In this document: positions 31,966 through 42,087 of the stretch, piece after piece
Numbering within the stretch: the stretch's first letter is position 1
How the letters are laid out: every line of letters starts with the position of its first letter
Source of the DNA: Cyanobacteria bacterium J06626_4
Lineage (GTDB): Bacteria > Cyanobacteriota > Cyanobacteriia > Phormidesmidales > Phormidesmidaceae
Assembly: GCA_038523235.1 (NCBI GenBank)
Contig: JBCBJQ010000011.1
Coordinates: 40,948-104,947, forward strand
Direction of reading: 5' to 3'
DNA: 64,000 bases
The notes under the pieces: generated by a model
Told to the model about the DNA's origin: nothing
The model's database searches: none
The model's input: the letters and a program-made list of their open reading frames with translations, nothing else
Program-made: the position numbers and the translations under genes

Positions 31966-32862
31966 TCACTCCGCAAAGTGCTGATCGATTTGATCGAATT
32001 CTGCCTGCGACAGCCGGATTTCCGTAGCCTGCATATTTTCCTCTAGGTGACTTACTGTTGTGGTACCGGGAATCAGCAGAATATTCGGCGCTCGTTGTAG
32101 CAGCCAAGCGAGGGCAATCTGCGTCGTGCTGGCGCGGTGACTTTCAGCCATCTCAGCCAGAATGCCGCTGGCCTCAGTTAGCGGTGTGCCCCGCTTGAGC
32201 GGATGTGCCCCGAGAGAACCGTGGGGAATAAAGGCGATATCTTGCGCCGTGCAGTAGTCGAGCAGTGCCGCGTGGGTGCGATCGCTCAAGCTAAAGCGGT
32301 TTTGCACTGAGGCAATTGGCACAATCGCTTGAGCGGTCTGCAACTGTTCAAGGGTGATGTTTGAGAGGCCTACATGCTGAATCTTCCCGGCTTGCTTGAG
32401 CGCTGCCAGCGCTTGCACTGATTCTTCAAACGGCACTTTGGGGTCGGGGCGGTGCAGCTGATACAGGTCGATTTGGTCTTGCTTGAGTCGTCGTAAGCTC
32501 CCTTCCACCCCGCGTCGTAGCGTTTCTGGGCGACCGTCTGCCTGAATGTTGTTCGGGGCAGGTTTGAGAATGCCGCCTTTCGTGGCAATGACCAAGTTCT
32601 GAGGATAAGGGGAGAGCGCCTCCGCAATGATGTCTTCGTTATCACCAGGGCCATAGGCTTCGGCGGTGTCAATAAAGTTAACGCCTAGCGCGATCGCGGT
32701 GCGCAGGAGTGCTTTGCCGCCGGCCCAATCCGCGTAGGGGCCAAAATTGCTCGGTTGCCCGGTCAGGCGCATCGCTCCGTAGCCCAAGCGGTTAACGGTT
32801 AGGTCACCCCCGATCGCGAAAGTTGAGTGAACCAATGGAATTTCAGAATTCATGTCCGTCAT
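31966..32862 (-). CDS. Aldo/keto reductase
   Basis: GYGAMRL, DTAEAYG, IATKGG, DLYQLHRPD, GLSN, LIPGT. Confidence 0.93.
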   Translation of the reverse strand: MTDMNSEIPLVHSTFAIGGDLTVNRLGYGAMRLTGQPSNFGPYADWAGGKALLRTAIALGVNFIDTAEAYGPGDNEDIIAEALSPYPQNLVIATKGGILKPAPNNIQADGRPETLRRGVEGSLRRLKQDQIDLYQLHRPDPKVPFEESVQALAALKQAGKIQHVGLSNITLEQLQTAQAIVPIASVQNRFSLSDRTHAALLDYCTAQDIAFIPHGSLGAHPLKRGTPLTEASGILAEMAESHRASTTQIALAWLLQRAPNILLIPGTTTVSHLEENMQATEIRLSQAEFDQIDQHFAE

Positions 32863-33113
32863 AGTGAGTTGCCTTCAATATTTGGGTAAGGAATGATGTG
32901 GTGATCGCGGAAGGTGTGAAACAGCGACAAAAACCATCGCTTCGCTTCCCGACAAAGACTGAATGAGGTTCTGGCCCATGCCGCCTGAAGCCCCGACTAC
33001 CAAAGATTTCTTTTTCATCATCATTCACGCTATCTGTGACCTGAACTCACTATGGCAGCAGTCTCAGATATTTGGTAGACGAGTGATAAAAATAGCTGTT
33101 ATGCTTTTTGCGT

Positions 33114-34037
33114 ATGAGTAAATCGTTAGACCGACTGACGCTGCTGGAGACATTTGTGCGCATTGCCGATGCCGGTAGCATTAGTGCCGCCGCGCGCGAT
33201 TTGAATCTGTCTCAGCCATCGGTGAGTCGCCAGTTGGCAGAGTTAGAATCGCGCTTCCAATCGCAACTGATGCGTCGCACCACCCACGATCTGTCTCTGA
33301 CCGCTGCCGGGGCTGAGCTATTGGCTGATGCGCGTCAGCTGCTAGATGAGTGGGAAGCTCTGGAGGAGAAGCACCTAGAGACTGCAGAGGCCCTCAGAGG
33401 CACCCTGAAGATTGTGGCGCCGGTGGCGTTAGGGCAGCTACATCTGTTAGACACGATGCTGCAGTTTCAGCAGCAGCATCCCTTGCTGTCGCTGTCTTGG
33501 CAGCTCGCAGACCAGCGCATTCGCTTTGCCGAAGTGGGGTGTGACTGCTGGATCAAGATCGGTTCAGTTGGCGACGAATCGCTGATCGTCGAGCCGCTGG
33601 GGCAGGTTGAACGCATCGTGGTGGCTACCCCCGCCTTACTGGCAACCGGTAACGTCCCCAACAAGCCCGCTGATCTAACGCAGTTTCCCTGGGTGGCACT
33701 AGAGCCGTTTGAAGGTCAACAGATTCCCCTCACTAACCCCAAAGGGAAAACAGTAGTGATAGCGCCGCCGGTACGGATGACTACCAATAATATTTTTGCG
33801 CTGCACAAAGCGACGTTGGCCGGGCTGGGTCTAGCTATCCTGCCGCGTTGGTTTATTGAAGATGATCTCAACCATCAGATGCTCGTCGATGTGTTGCCCC
33901 CATGGCGAGCGCCCTGGCTGACCATTCACGCGGCCTTATTACCCGGCAGACGCCGTCCTCGTCGGTTACAGCACTTTCTCGACGTCATCAGAGTCGCAGT
34001 GCCCCAAATTCCTGGGGTTGAGCAACCTCTAGATTGA
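33114..34037 (+). CDS. LysR-family transcriptional regulator, divergent from the aldo/keto reductase
   Basis: HTH GSISAAAR...SQPSVSRQLAELE...RTT; LysR substrate-binding domain. Confidence 0.95.
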   Translation: MSKSLDRLTLLETFVRIADAGSISAAARDLNLSQPSVSRQLAELESRFQSQLMRRTTHDLSLTAAGAELLADARQLLDEWEALEEKHLETAEALRGTLKIVAPVALGQLHLLDTMLQFQQQHPLLSLSWQLADQRIRFAEVGCDCWIKIGSVGDESLIVEPLGQVERIVVATPALLATGNVPNKPADLTQFPWVALEPFEGQQIPLTNPKGKTVVIAPPVRMTTNNIFALHKATLAGLGLAILPRWFIEDDLNHQMLVDVLPPWRAPWLTIHAALLPGRRRPRRLQHFLDVIRVAVPQIPGVEQPLD

Positions 34038-34042
34038 ATGTC

Positions 34043-35239
34043 CTACGCCTGATTTTGATCGAGCTGGCGCGCTTGTGCGAGTGCGGCTTTTTCGCGGGCT
34101 CGACAGAGGTAGGGCGCTAGCTGCTCGGTCGATAGCCCTGACAAAATGCTGAGATTATCGACCCCCATGCCGCGCATGAGCATCTCGACACACCAGGTCT
34201 GTTTAGCCTGGTCGGGATGCGTGGGATAGGGCAGCGTCAAGTCTGCCGTCCACACGGCCCATTTCTGACCCACCTCGGCAGCGGTCATCGCGGCTTCTGC
34301 TGCCTCTCCCAAAAATAAGTAAGGGAGGCTATCTTTGCGGCTTTTCAGCCATTTGGTCAGGGGATTGTTGATGTAAGAGCCGTAGCGTTTGCCCAAGATC
34401 CATTGATTAATCGCCCCTTGACGGTGGCCGACCTGCAAGGTGTGCTGTGACTTGTCGCTTAAGTGGTGCGATCGCTCCAGCCACTCAATTTCATGGGGTG
34501 AGAGTCCGGCCCCAAAAAGCACATAGGCCAAGGCGTAGTCTTGCGATCCCGTCGCTTTGGCCTGCTTCAAAATTTGATGAGCAATGGGTTCGGGGAGATC
34601 TTGAACGACATCGGGCTCCGGGTGGCTGTTGTCGCCGAGAGCTCCCTCAGTGGTGGTGGCGGGCGCGGTGCTCCGCAGCAGCAGATTGACGAGGCCATCC
34701 AAAAAGTCTTCGCGGTGATCCCACAGGTGATGGTCATCGCTGGTGGACTCAATCACCACATAGCCAATCAGCAGAGCCCCCAAAAAGCCCGCTAGCCGCA
34801 CGGAAGAAAATGAACTCGCGGGCATGGTCTGTTCCAGATATTGCGCGACGTAGTGACTGGCTTCATCCAGCCGTTGGCCAAGGGCCTGACGGTTTTCGCT
34901 GGGATATTGATCGGCTTCCCCAATCAGCGATCGCACGAAGGCTGGGGCTTGCTCTAGCGCCTGCAGACACTCGCTAGCGTAGGTTTTGAGCGTTTGGTAG
35001 CGATCGCCGGTCGCGATCGTTTGCTGCATCAACGTCTCGCCTAAATCGCGAAATGTCGGGGCCGCTTGAATGACGGCCTGCAGGAGCCCATATTTATTGC
35101 CAAAGTTGCGAAATAGGGTCACCTCATTAACGCCCGCTAAATCAGCAATCTGGCGTGTCGTGGTTTGGCTAACTCCCTGGGACAAAAACAGCGCTAGCGC
35201 AGCCTGAATGAGTCGTTCGCGTGTGGATAAAGTCGCCAT
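34043..35239 (-). CDS. TetR-family regulator fused to a degenerate tyrosine-recombinase-like domain
   Basis: N-terminal TetR HTH (TTTRQIADLAGVNEVTLFRNFGNK); C-terminal ...ALAYVLFGAGLSPHEI...QAKQTWCVEMLMRG...SILSG...LAPY follows the integrase box I/II layout. Confidence 0.85.
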   Translation of the reverse strand: MATLSTRERLIQAALALFLSQGVSQTTTRQIADLAGVNEVTLFRNFGNKYGLLQAVIQAAPTFRDLGETLMQQTIATGDRYQTLKTYASECLQALEQAPAFVRSLIGEADQYPSENRQALGQRLDEASHYVAQYLEQTMPASSFSSVRLAGFLGALLIGYVVIESTSDDHHLWDHREDFLDGLVNLLLRSTAPATTTEGALGDNSHPEPDVVQDLPEPIAHQILKQAKATGSQDYALAYVLFGAGLSPHEIEWLERSHHLSDKSQHTLQVGHRQGAINQWILGKRYGSYINNPLTKWLKSRKDSLPYLFLGEAAEAAMTAAEVGQKWAVWTADLTLPYPTHPDQAKQTWCVEMLMRGMGVDNLSILSGLSTEQLAPYLCRAREKAALAQARQLDQNQA

Positions 35240-35250
35240 GGACGATCAAA

Positions 35251-35337
35251 GCAAGTTGCACTTGCATACAAATGGAAAATGCCCCTTGCACGATGGCTGA
35301 AAACTCGATACGCTAGCTTTGTGCAAGTGGCACTTGC
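35251..35337. promoter_or_regulatory. Two palindromic operators GCAAGT-N3-ACTTGC flanking a sigma70-type desaturase promoter
   Basis: Sites at 35251-35265 and 35323-35337; TTGCAC (35286)-N17-TACGCT (35309) lies between them. Confidence 0.75.
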
Positions 35338-35389
35338 TTTACCATAACAGGCAGTTGCCTGAAACCATCACATCTTCAGAAAGCATCCC

Positions 35390-36235
35390 ATGAACTCAAA
35401 TTCCCCTGCGGTCAGACCCGGCTATAGAAACACTGTTGACTGGGTGACTGTGCTTTTTTTTGCGACTTTTCACCTCCTGGCATTGCTAACCCCCTGGTTC
35501 TTTTCTTGGTCAGCGCTGGGCGTCATGCTGTTACTGCACTGGCTGTTCGGCAGCATTGGCATCTGCTTGGGCTATCACCGACTGCTGAGTCATCGTAGTT
35601 TTCGAGTACCCCAGTGGTTGGAATATGTGTTGACCACCATTGGGGCGTTGGCAACTCAGGGTGGCCCCATTTTCTGGGTGGGGGGACACCGCAAACACCA
35701 CGCCTTTACCGAAGATCCCCAAAAAGATCCTTACTCAGCCAAGCGCGGGTTCTGGTGGAGCCACATCATCTGGATCCTGAAACCTCAACACGAATCCTTC
35801 GCCTTTAATGAATATTCCAAGTATGCACCTGACTTAGCCAAAAGCGCCTACTACCGTTGGCTTGATCGATACTTCCTCTTGCTGCAAGTGCCACTTGCCA
35901 TTTTGCTCTACGCTCTCGGCGGCTGGTCATTCGTGGTCTACGGTGTCTTTGCCCGGTCGGTGCTGTTGTGGCATTCCACTTGGTTTGTGAATTCGGCGAC
36001 TCACTGCTGGGGCTATCGTAATTTCCAAGCAAACGACAATGCGCGTAATCTTTGGTGGGTCTCACTGTTAACCTACGGCGAAGGCTGGCATAACAACCAC
36101 CACACGTTTCCCCATTCGGCTCAGACGGGTTGGCACTGGTGGGAAATTGATGTGACCTGGCAGACGATTCGACTGCTGCAGCGATTGGGGCTGGCTACAA
36201 AGGTAAGGATGATTCCCCTCAGCAAGCGCTCTTAA
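35390..36235 (+). CDS. desC: Delta-9 acyl-lipid desaturase (DesC family)
   Basis: His boxes HRLLSH, HRKHH, HNNHH; GFWWSH; GEGWHNNHH. Confidence 0.9.
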   Translation: MNSNSPAVRPGYRNTVDWVTVLFFATFHLLALLTPWFFSWSALGVMLLLHWLFGSIGICLGYHRLLSHRSFRVPQWLEYVLTTIGALATQGGPIFWVGGHRKHHAFTEDPQKDPYSAKRGFWWSHIIWILKPQHESFAFNEYSKYAPDLAKSAYYRWLDRYFLLLQVPLAILLYALGGWSFVVYGVFARSVLLWHSTWFVNSATHCWGYRNFQANDNARNLWWVSLLTYGEGWHNNHHTFPHSAQTGWHWWEIDVTWQTIRLLQRLGLATKVRMIPLSKRS

Positions 36236-36329
36236 ATCCTGAGACCCTAGCTCTGCACGCACTGAAAGTTCGTTCGACAAAATCCATTCAGGGTTTTGCT
36301 GAACGAATTTTTGTGCGGTGATCTGTCGC

Positions 36330-37871
36330 CTATGGCTCTGTTTCTTTTTCTTCCCTCTGTCTGATGGGTAAGTCGAGGGCCACTGGCGAGGTTGCTTGCA
36401 AGTGGCGAATCGCGTCAGCGATAAATTCCCGTACAAACTGTTCGCGACGGTTGAGCTGAAACTGCTTTTGCACCACTTCCCCAATGCCGCCATCCCCCCA
36501 GTCTTGGTTTTGAGTGAAATAATCCATAAAGCTTTTACCGGCAATGCGCGTGAGGTAGGCGGCGCTGATGCCTTGCACGCCCCGACTTGCGATCGCCGTG
36601 GGAATCGTCGTCTGCAGCCCCAGCGCTAATAGCCCCATGGCCCCTTTTACGATGCCGAGTCCGGTCAAGGTGCGCGCTAGGGTGTACGCCAGTTCTTTGC
36701 CCTCTTGGAGAGACAACTCAAATTGATAAACTCGCCCCAGATCCACCACCATTTGGGCGTTGATGGCAGCGGTGGCGAGCAGATCGATGCCCGGTAGCGG
36801 CGTCGCCGCAACGACGGCAGCGGTAATCCACTGATAGCGTTCAATCACGGCGTTTGCGGCCTGATGGCGTTGGGCCTGAATCAGTTGGCGGGCGGCCTCT
36901 CCTAAATGCTGCGATCGCAGCAAGAGCGAATCGGCCAACAGATCTGCCCCCTCGTCACGCAATACCTCGGTCAGGCGCTTTTCGAGCGGCCACAAATCGG
37001 GTTCCATCTGGGCGACTGCCCCTGTGGCCAGCGTCAGGGGTTGCGGATTGGCCGCAATATCGACCACATCAGCCGCGACTAAGTCAGGTTGCAAACGCCC
37101 TCTCACCTCGGCCAAAATGGCTTGCAGGTCACCGTCAGGAAACAAATCCGCTTTGTTGAGCACAATGATGAGCCGTTTGCCTATGTCTAGCAGCGATCGC
37201 GCCAAGGCATATTCCGACTGCCGCAGATCATTGTCAATGACAAATAACAGGAGGTCAGCCTCGGTGGCTAGCTGACGCACTTGCGCTTCTTGCTGCGGGC
37301 CTTCGGTGCTGGCTTCTAACAAGCCCGGCGTATCGGTGAGCCAAATCATCTGCTCTACCCCCACAACTTTGAGGGGATAGGTCGCAGCCACTGACGTGGT
37401 CCCCATGGGGGCGTCAACTGCACCGCCCAGATCTCCTGTCAGTTGGTTGACGATGGACGTTTTGCCCACTGAGCCGACGCCCAACAACACAATGCGAATA
37501 TCTCGCTGTTGCCACCGGTCCGTAAGAACTTTCAGCTTTTCTCGCAGGGCGACTTGAGTCACCTCGTCTTGAATCTGCGCCACTTGCTGTTCAATAGCCG
37601 CGATCGCCACTGCCGCCACGTCTCCTTTCGCCTTGGGTAAGGTGGGAGAGGAGCGCCGCTGCGGCCTCAGAAAAGCTCGAAAATAATACAGACCACCAAT
37701 GACCGCGGCCACTGTCAAGCCGATCACGGCGATCAAAAACAGCTGGGCGAGTAATGGCGAGAGGAGGGCGATCGCGGCCTGGGCTCGCAGCACAAAATCG
37801 ATCGCCCACAGCACCATGCCCACAGTAAACACTGCGGCAACGCCGATGACGAGGAGCCGAACCCGCTTCAT
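36330..37871 (-). CDS. GTP-binding protein with DUF697 (YcjF-like) domain
   Basis: Two N-terminal TM helices, G1 GSVGKTS, G3 DTPG, G4 NKAD, C-terminal DUF697-like region. Confidence 0.85.
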   Translation of the reverse strand: MKRVRLLVIGVAAVFTVGMVLWAIDFVLRAQAAIALLSPLLAQLFLIAVIGLTVAAVIGGLYYFRAFLRPQRRSSPTLPKAKGDVAAVAIAAIEQQVAQIQDEVTQVALREKLKVLTDRWQQRDIRIVLLGVGSVGKTSIVNQLTGDLGGAVDAPMGTTSVAATYPLKVVGVEQMIWLTDTPGLLEASTEGPQQEAQVRQLATEADLLLFVIDNDLRQSEYALARSLLDIGKRLIIVLNKADLFPDGDLQAILAEVRGRLQPDLVAADVVDIAANPQPLTLATGAVAQMEPDLWPLEKRLTEVLRDEGADLLADSLLLRSQHLGEAARQLIQAQRHQAANAVIERYQWITAAVVAATPLPGIDLLATAAINAQMVVDLGRVYQFELSLQEGKELAYTLARTLTGLGIVKGAMGLLALGLQTTIPTAIASRGVQGISAAYLTRIAGKSFMDYFTQNQDWGDGGIGEVVQKQFQLNRREQFVREFIADAIRHLQATSPVALDLPIRQREEKETEP

Positions 37872-38524
37872 GCCACTTTCCCTCCCCAGCGATCGCTTCC
37901 TAGAACGCATCATTAATCAACGGACAACCGCTTTGGCGTCAACCATGACGCGCTCGCATCAACTCTATCAGCTAGGAGTTGAGAGTGAGGCACGGCAAGT
38001 TAGGCACAGCTAAATGATGACAGCCCCTAGCCGAGGAGATACGTTCAACAATTCCTGACTTCTCTACAAGGCTCAAAAAGTATTTTCCAACACCAAATCA
38101 CAGGGCACAAAAATTGTTTTGTCATCTAAATCCAAGGAAATATCTATAGCTTCTCGGGCAACATTTATGGCCCTACGATTGATATAAAAAATCAATAAGT
38201 TGGCAAGACTACAGCTTCAGACATAGTTTGGTAGTTTTGAGCACTTTTAAAACCACTAATTTCTAGGGGACAGCCCACTTTTTGGCAAAGCGGGGATCAA
38301 TTTTACCGCAGCCTAGAATTAAGTGTGGGAAGTTTGTACCCAAGTTGTTCGTTAAGTTTGCGAGACTCATACTAAATAACGTTAAGATCCTGGGAAACCT
38401 ATGTGACAAGAGCATTTGAGCATTAGCTCTTGAACAAAATGGGCGATCGCCTCTCCACGATTATCGACAAACTGTTTCAAATTATTGCAGTATGTACCAG
38501 CTTGTAAGGGGTTTGGGATCGATG

Positions 38525-38567
38525 GTAGTCGCGTTTACAACCAATCACTGTTCAAGAGTGTTAACTT
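38525..38567 (+). promoter_or_regulatory. Putative NtcA-activated promoter
   Basis: GTA-gtcgcgtt-TAC (38525-38538), 23 nt spacer, TAACTT (TAN3T) at 38562-38567. Confidence 0.45.
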
Positions 38568-38605
38568 GCAACTAGTCGTCTATTGTGGTTCGCCCTTGAA
38601 TTCTT

Positions 38606-38941
38606 ATGACCCAGATCATTGACCATCTGCCTTCTGACCAGTCTGTATCTATGCTTTGCTGCTATGTAAATGCCACTAGTAAGATGCAGGTCGTTCGCAT
38701 TACTAATGTCCATAATTGGTATTTTGAGCGAGTCGTTTTTCCTGGCCAAAGATTAATGTTTGAAGCTGTGTCTGAAGCTCAGCTAGAGATCCATACTGGG
38801 ATGATGGCCAGTGCGATTTTGTCTGACACCATTCCTTGCAACCGCTTAGCCGTAGATCCCGAAGGTCAGCAGCCTTGGCAGCAACAGATGACCGCTGAAG
38901 CGCTGAACATGGAGCCAGCCGCCGCCTCAGTTGGTGCTTGA
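38606..38941 (+). CDS. DUF1830 domain protein
   Basis: CCYVNATS..QVVRI.N..NWYFERVVFPGQRL.FEA...LEIHTG...DTIPC. Confidence 0.88.
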   Translation: MTQIIDHLPSDQSVSMLCCYVNATSKMQVVRITNVHNWYFERVVFPGQRLMFEAVSEAQLEIHTGMMASAILSDTIPCNRLAVDPEGQQPWQQQMTAEALNMEPAAASVGA

Positions 38942-39035
38942 GCAAGATTTTGGTTAAGTAATCCATCAGGGCAGCGCTTCAATCATCCCTTGTAGGCATT
39001 TGACTCTCATGTGCTCTTGCGAGTTTTTCACTTTC

Positions 39036-39070
39036 CTGCCGATGGCATTTCTGTCATCGGCAGCTTTTAT
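39036..39070 (+). terminator. Terminator downstream of the DUF1830 gene
   Basis: CTGCCGATGGCA-TTTC-TGTCATCGGCAG followed by CTTTTAT. Confidence 0.65.
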
Positions 39071-39242
39071 TAAATTTGATCTGCATCCCCTTGCTCCTTG
39101 GTTCACTCCTTTGTCAGATAGCCGCTCAAGATGGCTCCGGTGCCCGTCGGATCTTGCCACTGAGCAGCGGATTTGCTTCTTGGTGGAATAATGATGCCAA
39201 TAGTTCCGCCGACACCTTCACGCGTTAAACCGCTATCTGATG

Positions 39243-40499
39243 TTAAGGGGCTAGCAAATTTTCTAGGTATTGGTAAAGCGCATCATCGCTTTGCGCGGCT
39301 AAGCGCTTTGATTTGAGTTCGATTAAGGCGGCGGCCAAATTGTCGGCCCGCTTTTTGTAATCTCGATGTCCCGCTAACAGATCAAGGAATGCACTCCGCT
39401 CGATCTGGTCGCGACTGACATCCGCCGCCAGCGGTGAGTCAAAATCTCGCTCTTCAACGTCGTACTTCAGCAGAAAAATCAGCGCCTGACTCATCGACTG
39501 CAGGGTTTTCTGCAGGGCCTTCGTATCCAACTCCAGTCGTTCAAAACCGACCTGCCCCTCAATCCGTAACTCGACGATGGGGTGGTCTTGTGGGATCAGC
39601 TGACCATTTTGAATGGCCTCAGTGATTTGGGCTTCCGCCATCATAATCACCTCGTCCTGACTCTCTTCACCTTTGACTTTGACTGCGAGTTGAACGATCG
39701 GACGCTGCTGATAGTCTTGTTTTAACGTAGCTTCGATCCTTTGTTCGGTTGTTTCGACCAGATAAACACCGCGCCGAAAGCTTCCTTCTTCGACATTGTT
39801 GGCTTCTATGGAACCTGGGTTAAAGACCCAGCCGCCCTCACTATAGTTTTTGTGAATATGTCCTAAGGCTAAATAATCGACCCCGGCTTCCTTGAGGGGC
39901 AGTAGTTCTGAGTATCTCAGGGCACCACTATAGCGAGCAATCTGTCCTTCAAGACCATGGTGAAACATGAGGACGGTGGTTTTAGGGCCAGCGGGAAGCG
40001 TCGGAATGGCCTCGGCAATTTGAGCGATCGCTTGCACAGCGGTGGCCCCATACCAGGCTGACCCCAGCACGCGCACGCTACAGGGTAAGTCAATATACCC
40101 TCCCCGTTTTTGAGTCTCATCCCAAGGGGAATAAAGCGGTTCGCCAGCCGCTAAGTTTCCTGGTTCTAAAAGACGAATCAATCCCCACTGGGACAAATAT
40201 TTGAGCCAGCTTGTTGACGTGCCATAGGGAGTGTTGTCGTGATTGCCTTCAATTGCTAAGACAGGAATGTTGGCGGCTTGAAGCTGCTGAAAACAAATTT
40301 GCGCTTGGTTGAGCACCGCTGGTTGAATCACCCGATGCTCAAATAAATCACCGGCAATAATCACAAAGTCGACGGCTGCGGCGATCGCATACTTTTGCAG
40401 CGCATCAGATAGCGCAAAGAAAAAATCTTTAGTGCGTTCAGGGCTGTTGTATCGGTCAAACCCAAGATGAATATCTGCCAGATGAAGAAACCGGGCCAT
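39243..40499 (-). CDS. sbcD: SbcD/Mre11-family DNA repair exonuclease
   Basis: Metallophosphoesterase motifs ADIHLG, AGDLF, GNHD, ALGHIH, PGS. Confidence 0.88.
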   Translation of the reverse strand: MARFLHLADIHLGFDRYNSPERTKDFFFALSDALQKYAIAAAVDFVIIAGDLFEHRVIQPAVLNQAQICFQQLQAANIPVLAIEGNHDNTPYGTSTSWLKYLSQWGLIRLLEPGNLAAGEPLYSPWDETQKRGGYIDLPCSVRVLGSAWYGATAVQAIAQIAEAIPTLPAGPKTTVLMFHHGLEGQIARYSGALRYSELLPLKEAGVDYLALGHIHKNYSEGGWVFNPGSIEANNVEEGSFRRGVYLVETTEQRIEATLKQDYQQRPIVQLAVKVKGEESQDEVIMMAEAQITEAIQNGQLIPQDHPIVELRIEGQVGFERLELDTKALQKTLQSMSQALIFLLKYDVEERDFDSPLAADVSRDQIERSAFLDLLAGHRDYKKRADNLAAALIELKSKRLAAQSDDALYQYLENLLAP

Positions 40500-40599
40500 G
40501 GAGTCTGTCCTCTGTCGCTACCGCGCTCAGTCTAATTGCTTATTCTACGACTACGTCAGTCGTCATCTCATGACGCAGTTCCTGTAGCGCCGCGGACGG

Positions 40600-41700
40600 C
40601 TAAGCAGCAGACTCTGAAGTCGCTAACGACTCCAACTGTTCTTGCTGATCCTGAGTGATGCAAGATTGAATCATCGTTTCGATATCGCCTTCTAAGGCTG
40701 GCGTCAGCGAAAAGTTCTGATTCAAGCGATGATCGGTGATGCGATTGTCTTTGTAGTTGTAAGTGCGAATTTTCTCAGAACGGGAGCCGGTACCCACCTG
40801 CGATCGCCGCATCGAGGTGACCGCCTCCTTTTGCTCTCGCAGCTTCATTTCGTAAAGCTTAGCGCGCAAAATCTGCATAGCGCGTTCTCGGTTTTGCAGC
40901 TGCGATCGTTCTTCCGTACAAAAAATTCGAATGCCTGTGGGCTTATGAAACAGGTCAACAGCAGTTTCAACCTTGTTGACGTTCTGGCCGCCAGCCCCAC
41001 CGGATCGAGCGGTCGAAATATCCACCTCAGTAGGGTCAATATGAACTTCAACATCATCCACTTCGGGCATAATTGCCACAGTAGCCGTCGAAGTATGCAC
41101 GCGTCCGCCAGCCTCGGTCACGGGGACTCGCTGCACTCGATGCACGCCAGCTTCATACTTCAACTTGCTATAGACGTTATTGCCCTGAATTTCTAAAACA
41201 GCTTCCTTGAAGCCGCCCATATCAGCCGTCGATTCGCTGACTAGCTTAATCCGCCATTTCTGAGATTCTGAGTAGCGCGAATACATTCTGACGAGATCAC
41301 CGGCCCAAATGCTGGCCTCATCACCGCCAGTACCGGCCCGAATCTCCAACATGATGTTCTTTTCGTCGTTGGGATCTTTTGGCAGCAGTAAAATCTTGAG
41401 CTGAGCTTCTAACCCGTCAAGGCGTTCTTCGAGGTCGCTGACTTCTGTCGCCGCCATTTCTTTCAAATCAGGATCACTGCTCGACTCTCGATAAATCTCG
41501 CGAGCCCCGGCCAACTCTTCCTGCAGCTCTTTCCACGTATCGTAGGTCGTAACTGTCTCCTCTAAAGAAGAGCGGGCCTTCGCAATCCGCTGAAACTCAT
41601 CCGGATCCTTAGCGACGTCCGGATCAGCCAAACGCCGAGTTAACTCGTGGAACGTTTGGTTTACCGAGTTTAATTTATCTAGCAGATAAGCTTCGGCCAT
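40600..41700 (-). CDS. prfA: Peptide chain release factor 1
   Basis: PVT anticodon motif and GGQ. Confidence 0.98.
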   Translation of the reverse strand: MAEAYLLDKLNSVNQTFHELTRRLADPDVAKDPDEFQRIAKARSSLEETVTTYDTWKELQEELAGAREIYRESSSDPDLKEMAATEVSDLEERLDGLEAQLKILLLPKDPNDEKNIMLEIRAGTGGDEASIWAGDLVRMYSRYSESQKWRIKLVSESTADMGGFKEAVLEIQGNNVYSKLKYEAGVHRVQRVPVTEAGGRVHTSTATVAIMPEVDDVEVHIDPTEVDISTARSGGAGGQNVNKVETAVDLFHKPTGIRIFCTEERSQLQNRERAMQILRAKLYEMKLREQKEAVTSMRRSQVGTGSRSEKIRTYNYKDNRITDHRLNQNFSLTPALEGDIETMIQSCITQDQQEQLESLATSESAA

Positions 41701-41760
41701 TTTTTCTTCCGTGACTCTATTACGACCCGCTGAATTCCACTCAAGGCGGAGTCCAGAAAG

Positions 41761-42003
41761 TTACTCAGAGTCAGTGCTCGTGGTCTCCGCCGTCGAGTCA
41801 GACATGCCATACTTCCGCATAAAGCGCTCAACCCGACCCTCAGTATCAATAATTTTCTGAGTGCCCGTATAAAAGGGGTGATTGCCCGACCACACATCGA
41901 CATGCAACTCTGGCTTTGTCGAGCCAACGGTCATAATCAGTTTACCGTCGCAGTAAACCTTAGCTTCGGGATACCACTCAGGATGAATTTCAGCTTTTGG
42001 CAT
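41761..42003 (-). CDS. rpmE: 50S ribosomal protein L31
   Basis: IHPEWY...DVWSGNHPFYTG...GRVERF. Confidence 0.97.
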   Translation of the reverse strand: MPKAEIHPEWYPEAKVYCDGKLIMTVGSTKPELHVDVWSGNHPFYTGTQKIIDTEGRVERFMRKYGMSDSTAETTSTDSE

Positions 42004-42087
42004 TGTTACCTCGCAATCAGTAGAAGGAATTTATTGCAAACCTGTCTAAGCAGCGCGATCGCTCCCAAGACATTGATCCAGTCGTAA

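Noticed and set aside
23373..35239. Prophage or integrative element bounded by two integrase-like genes
   Set aside because: The intervening genes are housekeeping (petM, ycf39, pilD, leuB, mltA), with no att repeats, phage or conjugation genes.
41761..42003. Zinc-free L31 as a zinc-starvation paralogue
   Set aside because: It sits in the normal rpsI-rpmE-prfA position, and Cys-poor L31 is usual in cyanobacteria.
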